The notes under the pieces were generated by a model. That model searched no databases and was not told the origin of the DNA. It saw only the letters and a list, made by a program, of their open reading frames with translations. A program made the translations under genes and the position numbers. Shown piece after piece: positions 1 to 8,968 of a DNA stretch of 64,000 nucleotides; position 1 is the stretch's first letter, and every line of letters begins with the position of its first letter. Origin of the DNA: Nitrosopumilus sp. (lineage in GTDB: Archaea > Thermoproteota > Nitrososphaeria > Nitrososphaerales > Nitrosopumilaceae); NCBI GenBank assembly GCA_965218785.1, contig OZ244650.1, positions 1,792,001 through 1,856,000 of the forward strand, given 5' to 3'.

Positions 1-109
1 AATCCAAGACATCATGTGGTAAACGTGGCAGGAAAGTCGGCCATACGCATATCCTGGAATACGCATCCTAAAATGGCAAAAAATGCCGGTATGTGAACCT
101 AGATAGTAG

Positions 110-183
110 CGGGTCTAAAGGGATTCGGACCCTTGACAACCGGATTAAGAGTCCGGTGCGCTACCTGGCTGCGCCATAGACCC
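110..183 (-). tRNA. tRNA-Lys(CTT)
   Basis: Reverse complement GGGTCTATGGCGCAGCCAGGTAGCGCACCGGA-CTCTTAA-TCCGGTTGTCAAGGGTCCGAATCCCTTTAGACCCG folds as a cloverleaf with anticodon CTT; CCA not encoded. Confidence 0.95.
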
Positions 184-242
184 ACCGAAATTAATAAATC
201 CCGAGTTGTTATTAATCTTGAGATTTTAAAATAAATCAAAAT

Positions 243-845
243 TTAGTTTTGTGCCTTGGCTTCAATTTCATTGTACTTTTCAATAATTGCCGTAAGTGCA
301 GTCGAAACTGGAACATCATTCATCTTTTTCTTTTCAGCGAGCAGTTTTTGATACGCATCTAGGGTAATGTATACAGGAATAGAGCCGTTTCCTTCAAGCA
401 GGCCTCTAACGTTGTAAAGAGCCGTCTCCATACCCCTCTCAGCAGATTTGGCAAATTTTGCTTTATCCAAAATTGCTCCTAGCGGACCAAATGGCATCTC
501 ATATTCTACTGACATGGTTACTCTAGTAAGATTATTACCTAATGCCTTGAATTCATTGATAATTTGCCATTTCTTGAAGGGACCTTCAATCTGCTTTGCA
601 GAGATCTTTTCATTTCTAACAAATTCAGTTGTCTCACAATCCCATTCGAGCCGTTTACCGCTAAAATCACCGATAATTCTAAAGGTTGTACCTACACCCA
701 TTCCTTCTTTGATATCCATAGGAATCACTGTCATGCCTACTGTGTCGGATTTTATTTGGTCAGAAACGTGTTCTGGTCGTGCAAAGTAGGTAAAAACATT
801 ATCTACTGGTGTTTTGACATCTATTGATTTAGTAACAAAAGTCAA
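243..845 (-). CDS. SRPBCC/polyketide-cyclase (START-like) protein with a short C-terminal ribbon-helix-helix-like tail
   Basis: SIDVKTPVDNVFTYFARPE...GPFKKW...TRVTMSVEY pattern typical of SRPBCC; tail PVYITLDAYQKLL...VSTALTAIIEKY. Confidence 0.8.
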   Translation of the reverse strand: MTFVTKSIDVKTPVDNVFTYFARPEHVSDQIKSDTVGMTVIPMDIKEGMGVGTTFRIIGDFSGKRLEWDCETTEFVRNEKISAKQIEGPFKKWQIINEFKALGNNLTRVTMSVEYEMPFGPLGAILDKAKFAKSAERGMETALYNVRGLLEGNGSIPVYITLDAYQKLLAEKKKMNDVPVSTALTAIIEKYNEIEAKAQN

Positions 846-940
846 CGATTGAATCTCTTGTCAATTGGGATTTAAAGGTTTTGAAGATTTTTGTAAGGAA
901 ATTGATTTACAATATATTCATCTACTTTATAATAATCTAG

Positions 941-1459
941 ATGACTAAAAAGCGATCAATTTTTCTGATCTTTGTTTTGCTGCTTTCTTCCATTTCAATT
1001 TTTGAGTATGCCCATGCCCATTCAATGTTTAATTCCGCTGAAAAATTTGAAAGCGGTTATAGGGTTCAGGTAGCCACTGCGCCGGAATTTCCACAAATTG
1101 ACGAGCCATCACAGTTTTTGATCAGGGTTACGGATACAGATTTTGAGGAAGTTGATCAATTCACAATGGGAATAAAGTTTTTCTTTAATAATCAACAGAT
1201 AGATGCAATTCCACCCACGTCAATTGACGGCGCCCATTGGGATTTTGATTATGTATGGAAAAATCAGGGGAACCATATTGTAGAAATTTACCTGTATGAT
1301 GTCGGAGATGATTCAAAAGTAATTACCTACAAGTTTAACATGGGAACACAAAGTCCGTTTGGATACATCTTCATTAGTGCAATAACGGTGGGAGCATTAT
1401 GTTTTGTAGGGATTATGGGATATATTTTTCTGCCTAGAATTTTCAAAAAATCTAGGTAG
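941..1459 (+). CDS. exported membrane-anchored hypothetical protein
   Basis: N-terminal signal peptide (..EYAHAH) and C-terminal TM helix with a basic tail. Confidence 0.75.
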   Translation: MTKKRSIFLIFVLLLSSISIFEYAHAHSMFNSAEKFESGYRVQVATAPEFPQIDEPSQFLIRVTDTDFEEVDQFTMGIKFFFNNQQIDAIPPTSIDGAHWDFDYVWKNQGNHIVEIYLYDVGDDSKVITYKFNMGTQSPFGYIFISAITVGALCFVGIMGYIFLPRIFKKSR

Positions 1460-1892
1460 TTAATTTGGAATATTTTGATATTCTAAATGCAAATAATGTA
1501 GTTAACAGCACCATTGCAAATAACCAAATTCCTATTCCCAAGTGTATTGCAACTAGTACTGCATGAAGTTTTGTATCAATTACCAAGGCACCCAAGGTAA
1601 TTTGAGTAATTACCAACACAGTTGCAAACAAGCTTGTAATTTTGATTTTTGAATCGGCATTCTTGTTAATGAAACTTGCAATCATGGTCGCAATAATTAA
1701 TACCCCGGTTGTTGCAGCAGTAGTTCTATGAATCCATTCGATAAGATATTCTTCTGATGGCATTATTCCATTAGGGCATAAGGGCCATTCAGGACAAGTC
1801 AGTCCAAGTCCGGCCGCTGAAATATATCCGCCAATAAACATCAGTGAATACAAGACTATCATCGTTGTTAATGCAAGATATTGAATTGCCAA
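1452..1892 (-). CDS. ctaA: heme A synthase, short single-domain COX15/CtaA type
   Basis: GLTCPEWPLC and EWIHR motifs, 4 TM helices, last gene of the cox operon. Confidence 0.85.
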   Translation of the reverse strand: MAIQYLALTTMIVLYSLMFIGGYISAAGLGLTCPEWPLCPNGIMPSEEYLIEWIHRTTAATTGVLIIATMIASFINKNADSKIKITSLFATVLVITQITLGALVIDTKLHAVLVAIHLGIGIWLFAMVLLTTLFAFRISKYSKLTT

Positions 1893-1904
1893 AATTATTC
1901 GACT

Positions 1905-2912
1905 CTAATTTACCGTGATGTTGCCAATCATCCAGGGATGAAGCAGGCAATAGTAAGGATATTCCCCGGATTCATCAAGGGTTAAAGAGAATGTATCGCC
2001 TGCTACAAACAAACTGCTATCAAAAATCCCATCGGGAGCTCCTGGTAATCCACTTGTTACAGTATGAGCTACAAAGTCATCATTGGACCAGATGATTTCT
2101 TCACCTGCTGAAACTAGGACATGGAATGGAGTATAGCATGAGTTGGTATCATTACAGCCAATAATTCCAGAACCGTCTGGAATAGATATGACCTCGTTAA
2201 ATTCCACAGGTGCGGGTTTTGGTTCCATGACTTTATCTGTTACCTCTGGTTCCATGACTTTATCCGTTGCCTCTGGTTCCATGACTTTATCTGTTGCCTC
2301 TGGTTCCATGACTTTATCTGTTACATCAACATCACCTACAATAATGCTACCAACCATTCCTTGTGCTCTGTGACCTGGAACAGTACAGATATAGTAATAA
2401 ATTCCATCCTCACCTGCGATAAATTCAGAAGAATCACCTTCGCCGGGCCTTAATGGGTTTAACGCTAGTCCAACTTCAGTTCCGGGAATGATTCCTCCAA
2501 CGCCTTCAGGCTCGGAAGTGACGCCAAAAGAGTGGAATGATTGTCCCGCATTATCTACATTAAAGATTACCTTATCACCCTTATTCATGTAAATTGTCGG
2601 GTTGTTGTCAGGCTCCCCGGGTAATGCATTAAACGCCAAAGTTATAAAATCTGGCGCTTCGATAAAGTGAAGATCTTGTGTAATGGTGTCTCCCGTGTGT
2701 ACTCCGATCTCAGCAACATCAGTTTCCCCTGCCATCATTGCTACAACCGGGGCAGGCTGTGAAACCCAATAGTCCCACAATGAAAAGAAAATTACTCCGC
2801 CGACAATACAAATGCCCAGCATTATGACCATCATTTTTGTAGTCCTACCGGTAGTTGTTCTGTATATCTGAGGTGATGCCTCGCCAACTGGATGTTCTAT
2901 CTCGTTACTCAT
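1905..2912 (-). CDS. membrane-anchored blue (type 1) copper protein with two cupredoxin domains
   Basis: TM helix; domain 1 HSFGV..YICTVPGHRAQGM; domain 2 HTVT..YYCLLHPWM; start taken at ATG 2912. Confidence 0.9.
   Translation of the reverse strand: MSNEIEHPVGEASPQIYRTTTGRTTKMMVIMLGICIVGGVIFFSLWDYWVSQPAPVVAMMAGETDVAEIGVHTGDTITQDLHFIEAPDFITLAFNALPGEPDNNPTIYMNKGDKVIFNVDNAGQSFHSFGVTSEPEGVGGIIPGTEVGLALNPLRPGEGDSSEFIAGEDGIYYYICTVPGHRAQGMVGSIIVGDVDVTDKVMEPEATDKVMEPEATDKVMEPEVTDKVMEPKPAPVEFNEVISIPDGSGIIGCNDTNSCYTPFHVLVSAGEEIIWSNDDFVAHTVTSGLPGAPDGIFDSSLFVAGDTFSLTLDESGEYPYYCLLHPWMIGNITVN
2221..2324. repeat. 27-bp tandem repeat, about 4 copies, encoding (TDKVMEPE[AV]) in the interdomain linker
   Basis: ggttccatgactttatc[tc]gtt[ag]cctct at 2221, 2248, 2275 and (partial) 2302. 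Confidence 0.95.
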
Positions 2913-2923
2913 ACAATTCACTC

Positions 2924-4450
2924 CTAATGATGTGGATTCCTCGCTTCAAACGGATAGTAATACTTGCCACCTAGACCAAATGGATCTTCAGTGTTTGCAG
3001 GTCTTCCTTTTCCTGAGCTGTGAATCATATTTGCCAGGAAGATTGCCATGCTGACACCGATGATCATTGCGCCTACAGATGCAATTTGGTTCATGGCAAT
3101 CCATTCTGGAATTGGCGGATAATCGAAAATTCTTCTGGGCATGCCATACAAGCCAAGTATGTGTTGTGTAAAGAAGACCATAACGGTTCCTACAAAGGAC
3201 ATCAAAAAGTGTATCTTGCCCATGGTTTCGTTGTACATTCTGCCTGTGACATACGGGAACATGTAGTAGAGGTAGCCAATCGAGCCAAATGCAATAGTAC
3301 CCATTACAAACAGATGAAAGTGTCCAACTACCCAGTATGTGTCGTGTGTTGAAAAGTCCAAAGGCATTGCACTATTTACCACGCCGCCTGCGCCTGCCGA
3401 GAAGAACAACGCAATTCCTCCAACTGCCCACATCATCGGTGTTGAGAATCTTATTCTTCCGTTCCACATTGTTGCAATAAAGTTAAACACGTGCATGGCA
3501 GATGCCGGAACTGCTGCAAGAGTTCCCACCATGAAGACTGTTTTTTCGGTAAATGACATTCCGGTCGCATACATGTGGTGTGCCCACGATGAAAAACCGA
3601 CGATGGATAACAATACAAATGCAAAGACACCAGAGTTATAGCTGTAAATCGGCTTTCTTGAAAATCTTGGAATAATTTCATACATCATGCCAATTGCCGG
3701 AATTACCAGAACATAGACCTCCGGATGGAATGTAAACCAGAACAAATGCGCATAGGCAATCGGGTCTCCACCCATTGCAGGATTGAAAAATCCACTTACG
3801 CCGAGTCTGTCAGTCAGAAGCATCAGCAGGGCTGCTGCAAATGTGGGAATTGCGACGATAATAATCAGGGATGATGACAAAAAGGACCAAGCCAGCAGTG
3901 GAACCTGGCCAATGGACATGTCAGGATGCTTGCATTTGAGAATTGTCACGACAAAGTTGATTGCACCAAGTACTGATGAGATTCCTAAAATCTTTAGTCC
4001 GAATATCCACATGTCAGCTGCCGGACCGGGTGCGCTGATAATAGAGTACGGCGGAGTCGCATACCACGTAAAGTCTGCAAAACCCAACCAGATGAGTGCA
4101 CCAGATGGGGGAATCATCCAAAATGCAATTGCATTAAGTTTTGGATATGCCATATCTTTGTATCTGACCATTATTGGAACAAAGTAGTTGCCAACTGCAG
4201 ATGCAAAAGGAATGATAAACAAGAAAATTAACGTTGTACCGTGAACGGTAAACATCCTGTTAAAGGTCATAGAATCTGCGATAATTTGCGAACCTGGCAA
4301 GAACAGTTCTGCTCGAATCGCAAGTGCCAGTGTACCACCTAAGAACAAGAATGCCAGTGATGTAATAAGATAAAGCAGTCCAACATCAGTGTGATGTGTT
4401 GAAAACATTATTTGCCAGATTGGACGCGGTTTTTGTAGTTGTAGAACCAT
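2924..4450 (-). CDS. coxA: heme-copper oxidase subunit I
   Basis: HLFWFTFHPEVY, WAHH and GHFH metal-ligand motifs; probable start MVLQLQ at 4450. Confidence 0.97.
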   Translation of the reverse strand: MVLQLQKPRPIWQIMFSTHHTDVGLLYLITSLAFLFLGGTLALAIRAELFLPGSQIIADSMTFNRMFTVHGTTLIFLFIIPFASAVGNYFVPIMVRYKDMAYPKLNAIAFWMIPPSGALIWLGFADFTWYATPPYSIISAPGPAADMWIFGLKILGISSVLGAINFVVTILKCKHPDMSIGQVPLLAWSFLSSSLIIIVAIPTFAAALLMLLTDRLGVSGFFNPAMGGDPIAYAHLFWFTFHPEVYVLVIPAIGMMYEIIPRFSRKPIYSYNSGVFAFVLLSIVGFSSWAHHMYATGMSFTEKTVFMVGTLAAVPASAMHVFNFIATMWNGRIRFSTPMMWAVGGIALFFSAGAGGVVNSAMPLDFSTHDTYWVVGHFHLFVMGTIAFGSIGYLYYMFPYVTGRMYNETMGKIHFLMSFVGTVMVFFTQHILGLYGMPRRIFDYPPIPEWIAMNQIASVGAMIIGVSMAIFLANMIHSSGKGRPANTEDPFGLGGKYYYPFEARNPHH

Positions 4451-4503
4451 TAGTTGATCTCCCCACTTGAAACGATGAAAGATTGTGACAATAGTCCCAT
4501 CAT
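4450..4503 (-). CDS. putative 17-aa micro-ORF (MMGLLSQSFIVSSGEIN) bridging coxB and coxA
   Basis: ATG overlaps the coxB stop (ATGA) and its TAA overlaps the coxA start (TAATG); fills the gap exactly. Confidence 0.35.
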   Translation of the reverse strand: MMGLLSQSFIVSSGEIN

Positions 4504-4931
4504 GTTGTTGGTTCCTCCACGTATAGTGTGCCACGCATGTTATAGTGGATTAATCCACAGTATTCTCTGCATTGAATATCATGAACTCCCGGTGCATCAG
4601 GGGCAAACCACACAGTATTGACTCTGCCTGGAACTGCATCCATCAAAACGACATAATCATGAATGTTAAAAGAATGAATTACATCTGTTGCCATTATCTC
4701 AAATTTGTAGGCCGTTCCGGCTTTAACATGAAGTTCGCCGATCTCTTTTGTTCCATCTTCATGTTCAAATGTCCAAAACCATTGCTGTCCAGTTACTTTG
4801 ATAACTTCGGCATCCTCTGGAATATGTTCTACAAGTCTTTCTGCTTCCCATGCCTCAGCTCCCACCCAGGTCATCAACGCAATTACAATTGCAACATAAA
4901 TCCATTCAGGCCAGTTAGAGTGTCCACCCAT
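4500..4931 (-). CDS. coxB: heme-copper oxidase subunit II (CuA domain, single TM helix)
   Basis: QQWFW, DVIHSF and CREYCGLIHYNM CuA motif. Confidence 0.95.
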   Translation of the reverse strand: MGGHSNWPEWIYVAIVIALMTWVGAEAWEAERLVEHIPEDAEVIKVTGQQWFWTFEHEDGTKEIGELHVKAGTAYKFEIMATDVIHSFNIHDYVVLMDAVPGRVNTVWFAPDAPGVHDIQCREYCGLIHYNMRGTLYVEEPTT

Positions 4932-4933
4932 TT

Positions 4934-5194
4934 CTACCAGTCCTTGCCCTCGTATGCAGTAGGTGTTGCTTTTGGATGGGATTCTCTAAATCTCCAGCAC
5001 AGCCAGATGATTGTTCCTGAAACTACCGCACCGACTGTAAATGCAACAGTCATCATTCTAAAGAATAAATTCCAGATAATCACCCTGCGATCAAGATATT
5101 CTCCAGGTTCGTCACCTGCGGCAAATGCCGATTCTAAAGCTGGAATCATTACTGAAACTGCCAATACTAAGAATAACCATACAATACTCTTCAT
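4934..5194 (-). CDS. small membrane protein, first gene of the cox operon (resembles the N-terminal TM part of subunit II)
   Basis: Signal-like segment plus TM helix ending WRFRES; 2 bp from the coxB start. Confidence 0.75.
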   Translation of the reverse strand: MKSIVWLFLVLAVSVMIPALESAFAAGDEPGEYLDRRVIIWNLFFRMMTVAFTVGAVVSGTIIWLCWRFRESHPKATPTAYEGKDW

Positions 5195-5224
5195 TAGCGA
5201 TTGACTGTCGTGCCTTATAATTTC

Positions 5225-5239
5225 TATTTAAGGGTTTTC
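5225..5239 (-). promoter_or_regulatory. BRE/TATA promoter of the cox operon
   Basis: Minus strand GAAAACCC-TTAAATA about 30 nt upstream of the first start codon. Confidence 0.5.
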
Positions 5240-5250
5240 AAGATTATTAA

Positions 5251-5874
5251 CTACCAACTTTGATCGAAGCGTGACGGATGCATTACATTGAGTCCAGAAA
5301 GTGAGAACTTGCTGTCTTTTTCTCTAAAGATGTTCAGGGAGGCATTTGCAATTATTAGTTCAAAGAGGTTCGTAGGAGACAGGTCTACGATGGTTGAAAG
5401 CATTGCCTTGATTGGATCCATATGAGTTACAAGCAGCACGTTCTGATCGGGATGTTTTTCCAGCACATGGTCAACTATGCCTAAAATTCGTTTTCGAACA
5501 TCTGAGAAGGTTTCTACTCCATTATGGGCAATCTCAAGTTCGCCATTATAAAACTTCATAAAGACATTGCCATGGCTGTTAATGATTTCATCGTATGGCA
5601 TTCCGGTAAATTTGCCCATATCAAGCTCGATTAAACGATCGTCAGTTGTAACATCAAGTGAATTGTTTTTTCCGACAATTTCTGCAGTATGCTTTGCCCT
5701 TTCAATTGGACTGGAATAGATCGCAGATACATTCATGAGTTCAAGCAGCTCAGAAGTATGTTCGACCTGCTTTATTCCGGCGTCAGTTAATGGAACGCCT
5801 TTTGTTCTGCCTGCCAGAATTCTTTCAACGTTATTTTTTGCCTGTCCATGTCTGAGGAAGATGATCTGTCCCAA
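5251..5874 (-). CDS. histidine phosphatase / phosphoglycerate mutase family protein
   Basis: LRHGQ, SSPIERAKHTA and LLVTH motifs. Confidence 0.9.
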   Translation of the reverse strand: MGQIIFLRHGQAKNNVERILAGRTKGVPLTDAGIKQVEHTSELLELMNVSAIYSSPIERAKHTAEIVGKNNSLDVTTDDRLIELDMGKFTGMPYDEIINSHGNVFMKFYNGELEIAHNGVETFSDVRKRILGIVDHVLEKHPDQNVLLVTHMDPIKAMLSTIVDLSPTNLFELIIANASLNIFREKDSKFSLSGLNVMHPSRFDQSW

Positions 5875-5925
5875 CTTGATCGGAGTTCAAATAGAGATAA
5901 TAATAACATTCTCAGATAGATAACC

Positions 5926-6597
5926 GTGAAAGTAGGGATTATTGGTGGAACAGGCGGAATGGGAAAAGGCTTTGCCATCAGGTGGTCTCAAAACCATGAT
6001 GTACTAGTCGGATCCAGGGATGCCAAAAGGGCGGCAGACTCTGCAGTGGAATACACCGGTCTTGCAAAGGAAGCATTTGGGGAAATAAAGGGAAGCATTT
6101 CTGGAAATGATAATCTTTCAGTTGCAAAAGAAAGCGATGTTTTGATTTTATCAATCCCATATGAGAATATAGATTCGACGTGTTCTGGAATCCTGCCGGA
6201 GGTAAAAGATAGTTGTGTTGTTGTATCTCCAATTGTTCCGATGACAAAGACAGATGTTGGATTTGAATGCATAGCAATCAAAGAAAACAAACCGTTTTCA
6301 TATCAGCTGGTACTAAATCATATGAAGAACAAATCAAGACTTGTTTCAGCATTTCATGTGATTTCAGAAAAGAAGCTTGTCAATCCGGCACTGACACTTG
6401 ATTATGATATCTTTGTGTGCGGAGACGATGATGAATCAGTTCAGATAGTAAATGGATTGATTAATGAAATCACGGGACTAAGGCCGATTTACTTGGGTCC
6501 TGTGGAGTTATCCTATTTTGCAGAAATGTCTACGCCGCTCTTGCTTAATGCAATGATAAAAAACAAGATAAAAAATCCAGGGATCAAAATCATCTGA
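5926..6597 (+). CDS. npdG: NADPH-dependent F420 reductase
   Basis: GIIGGTGGMGKG Rossmann motif, GSRD, VSAFH. Confidence 0.9.
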   Translation: MKVGIIGGTGGMGKGFAIRWSQNHDVLVGSRDAKRAADSAVEYTGLAKEAFGEIKGSISGNDNLSVAKESDVLILSIPYENIDSTCSGILPEVKDSCVVVSPIVPMTKTDVGFECIAIKENKPFSYQLVLNHMKNKSRLVSAFHVISEKKLVNPALTLDYDIFVCGDDDESVQIVNGLINEITGLRPIYLGPVELSYFAEMSTPLLLNAMIKNKIKNPGIKII

Positions 6598-6616
6598 ATC
6601 AATTTTTTCATTCATC

Positions 6617-6850
6617 ATGAATTACGAATACCACAGACGGGGCAGAAATTGGTTCACGGCAATGGGTGTGCTTTTTTCTATAATGGCCGCAATAGTACTG
6701 GTCAGGCAGATGTTGATCTGGGGGTGGGAGTTTGTTGTAGAATTTTTATTCAACATGGAAATAACAAATGAAAAAATCTCTGTTGCAATGCTGGGCTTTG
6801 GGATTTTTATGATAGTGCTAGGATTTGGAAAACATGAACAAGCGAGATGA
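6617..6850 (+). CDS. small two-TM hypothetical membrane protein
   Basis: Two hydrophobic helices; operon-like spacing with both neighbours. Confidence 0.7.
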   Translation: MNYEYHRRGRNWFTAMGVLFSIMAAIVLVRQMLIWGWEFVVEFLFNMEITNEKISVAMLGFGIFMIVLGFGKHEQAR

Positions 6851-7235
6851 ATTTCTAAAATCACAAAAAGTGCTGCGGCTTGCAACTATTGATAAGAACA
6901 AAACTCCGCATATTGCACCTGTGTGGTACGTGTATAGTGGAAAAAAGATCTACGTAGGAACAAACACAAGTACGAAAAAGGCCAGAAACGCAAGGAGAAA
7001 CAAGCGTGTTTCGTTTTGTGTGGATGTGGGTGTAAATGCCCCAGACATTTATGGGGTCATGGGGCAGGGCAATGCAAATTTAATTTTAGAGGGCAGCAAA
7101 GTAAAAACGATCGCAAAAAAAATTCTCCGAAAGTATTTTAAGACATTAAAGACAAAGTCGGCAAAAGAACTGCTTGATGATACTGACTGCATTATAGAGA
7201 TAACCCCTGAAAAGTTTTCAGTCTGGAGTTACTGA
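6834..7235 (+). CDS. pyridoxamine 5'-phosphate oxidase-like (split beta-barrel, possibly F420-binding) protein
   Basis: LRLATI..PHIAPVWY..KKARNARRNKRVSFCVD. Confidence 0.85.
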   Translation: MNKRDEFLKSQKVLRLATIDKNKTPHIAPVWYVYSGKKIYVGTNTSTKKARNARRNKRVSFCVDVGVNAPDIYGVMGQGNANLILEGSKVKTIAKKILRKYFKTLKTKSAKELLDDTDCIIEITPEKFSVWSY

Positions 7236-8404
7236 CTAACAAAATCCTCGATTTTGTTCATTGCAGAATCTAGTACCTGAAGACTGGGAAGATAAACAAG
7301 TCTAAAATGTCCGCTTCCAAACTGTGTTCCAAACCCGGAGCCAGGAACAGTCAGTACGCCCTTGGTTTCTAAAAGTTTTGTGACAAATTCCTTGTCCGTG
7401 CCAAATTTGTTCTCCTCAATCTTAGGAAATGCGTAAAATGCGCCTTTTGGGTTGGAACAGGATATACCGGGCATTTCATTGAGACGTTTTACAACCAAGT
7501 CTCTTCGTTTTTTGATTTCAGATACAAAGTCGGCAATGTAACCCTGAGGACCGCGAAGGGATTCCAAGGCAGCGTGTTGAATCGGCAGATTAGTTGCAAT
7601 TCGGACCCTTGCCAGTTTTGGAAGATTCTCTTTTAGTGCTTCAAGCTGGGGTGATTGATTAAATGCAATGTAGCCAATTCTCCAGCCGGTCATGAGATGA
7701 ACTTTTGAGAATCCGTTTAGGATGATTACAGGCGAATCCTTTGCAACCTTGCCGATTCCCACAAATTTTTCATCAAAAATTATTTGATCATAAATTTCAT
7801 CACATATTATGTAGAGGTTATGTTGGTTTGCAATATCTACTAGTTCTTTAAGTGAATTCTCATTAAATACCACGCCCGTAGGATTGTTTGGGCTAATCAA
7901 ACAGATTGCAACAGTCTTTGAAGTAATTTTGGATTTGATATCATCAATATCAGGTGTGGAATTAGTCAGGTCTACTGCAAATTCTACAGGAACACCTCCA
8001 TGAAGTCGCACATATGACGCATATGGCGGATAGTATGGACCGGGCAATAGTACTTCGTCGCATTCTTCCACGATAGAAGAGATTACCATGTCAAGTCCCT
8101 CAGAAACGCCGTTGGTAACCAAAACATCATCAGCTGAAATTGATAGTCCCTTTGCATTTTCTTTGCTGGCAATCTCCTGTCTTAATTCCAGGAGGCCTTC
8201 AGAAGCAGAATAATAGTTTTCTCCCTTGTTAATTGCATTAATCAGTGCTTCTCTGACATTATCTGGCGGTTGAAACCCAAACTGTACGGGATCGCCGATG
8301 TTAAGATAGTCGACTTGCATGCCTTTTTGCTGCACTGCTCTAGCGGCTAAAACGATGTCCCGAATTGCATACTCGACGCCTGCAACTTTTTTTGATATTT
8401 TCAA
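7229..8404 (-). CDS. class I/II PLP-dependent aminotransferase (alanine aminotransferase-like)
   Basis: YAIRDI, LNIGDP, NNPTG, DEIYD, FSKVHLMTGWRIG. Confidence 0.92.
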   Translation of the reverse strand: MKISKKVAGVEYAIRDIVLAARAVQQKGMQVDYLNIGDPVQFGFQPPDNVREALINAINKGENYYSASEGLLELRQEIASKENAKGLSISADDVLVTNGVSEGLDMVISSIVEECDEVLLPGPYYPPYASYVRLHGGVPVEFAVDLTNSTPDIDDIKSKITSKTVAICLISPNNPTGVVFNENSLKELVDIANQHNLYIICDEIYDQIIFDEKFVGIGKVAKDSPVIILNGFSKVHLMTGWRIGYIAFNQSPQLEALKENLPKLARVRIATNLPIQHAALESLRGPQGYIADFVSEIKKRRDLVVKRLNEMPGISCSNPKGAFYAFPKIEENKFGTDKEFVTKLLETKGVLTVPGSGFGTQFGSGHFRLVYLPSLQVLDSAMNKIEDFVSQ

Positions 8405-8853
8405 AGTATCTAGACAGATATTCAGACCATACTTTACTATATCGATTTTTACTCACTTGATTAATAATTCCAAGTCTTAATTCCCAGATTAGCGTGGGAT
8501 TTTCAGATGTATCAGAATAGATAACCATCTGTAGAACAATGCTTTGCAGGTACTATCATACCATCTGATTTTTTTTCTTTACTCAATAGTTACGTGCGGA
8601 AGATCATGTTTGATTTTTCAACAACCTGCCTTGTCTCAACTCTCAAAATAAAGCCGTTCTGTAAGATCCTCGATCAAGTGACGATCCGACAGATTAGATG
8701 CCCATCGAGCCATTTCAAATCTAATTTAGCCATGATTTAGACCGTTCGGAGTGGATTCTTTGTAACTGTCCCCCCTCATCAAAAGAGATTATAAATCATC
8801 CCGAAAGCGGAATCTCACCATGGTTTTATTATGATTAAATGATTAGTATGCAT

Positions 8854-8968
8854 AATCGATCCCAGACGGACACGCCATGAATATGTAAACGACGTCAGTC
8901 GCATCCGGGATTACGATCTGAAAAACTTGCCCGTGTGTTAGTTGCTTGTTGGGTCAAGTACGCATAAA
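8854..8968. repeat. dispersed ~115-bp repeat, copy 1 (possible MITE/IS remnant)
   Basis: Core 8902-8947 matches 53496-53541 at 41/46 nt; flanking AATCGATC, ATGTAAAC and GTACGCATAAA also shared. Confidence 0.85.

Noticed and set aside
1-109. Integrated element downstream of tRNA-Lys
   Set aside because: Too little sequence in the window; no integrase or duplicated tRNA end visible
4451-4534. N-terminal extension of coxA in the ORF track
   Set aside because: Overlaps coxB; recognisable sequence begins at ATG 4450
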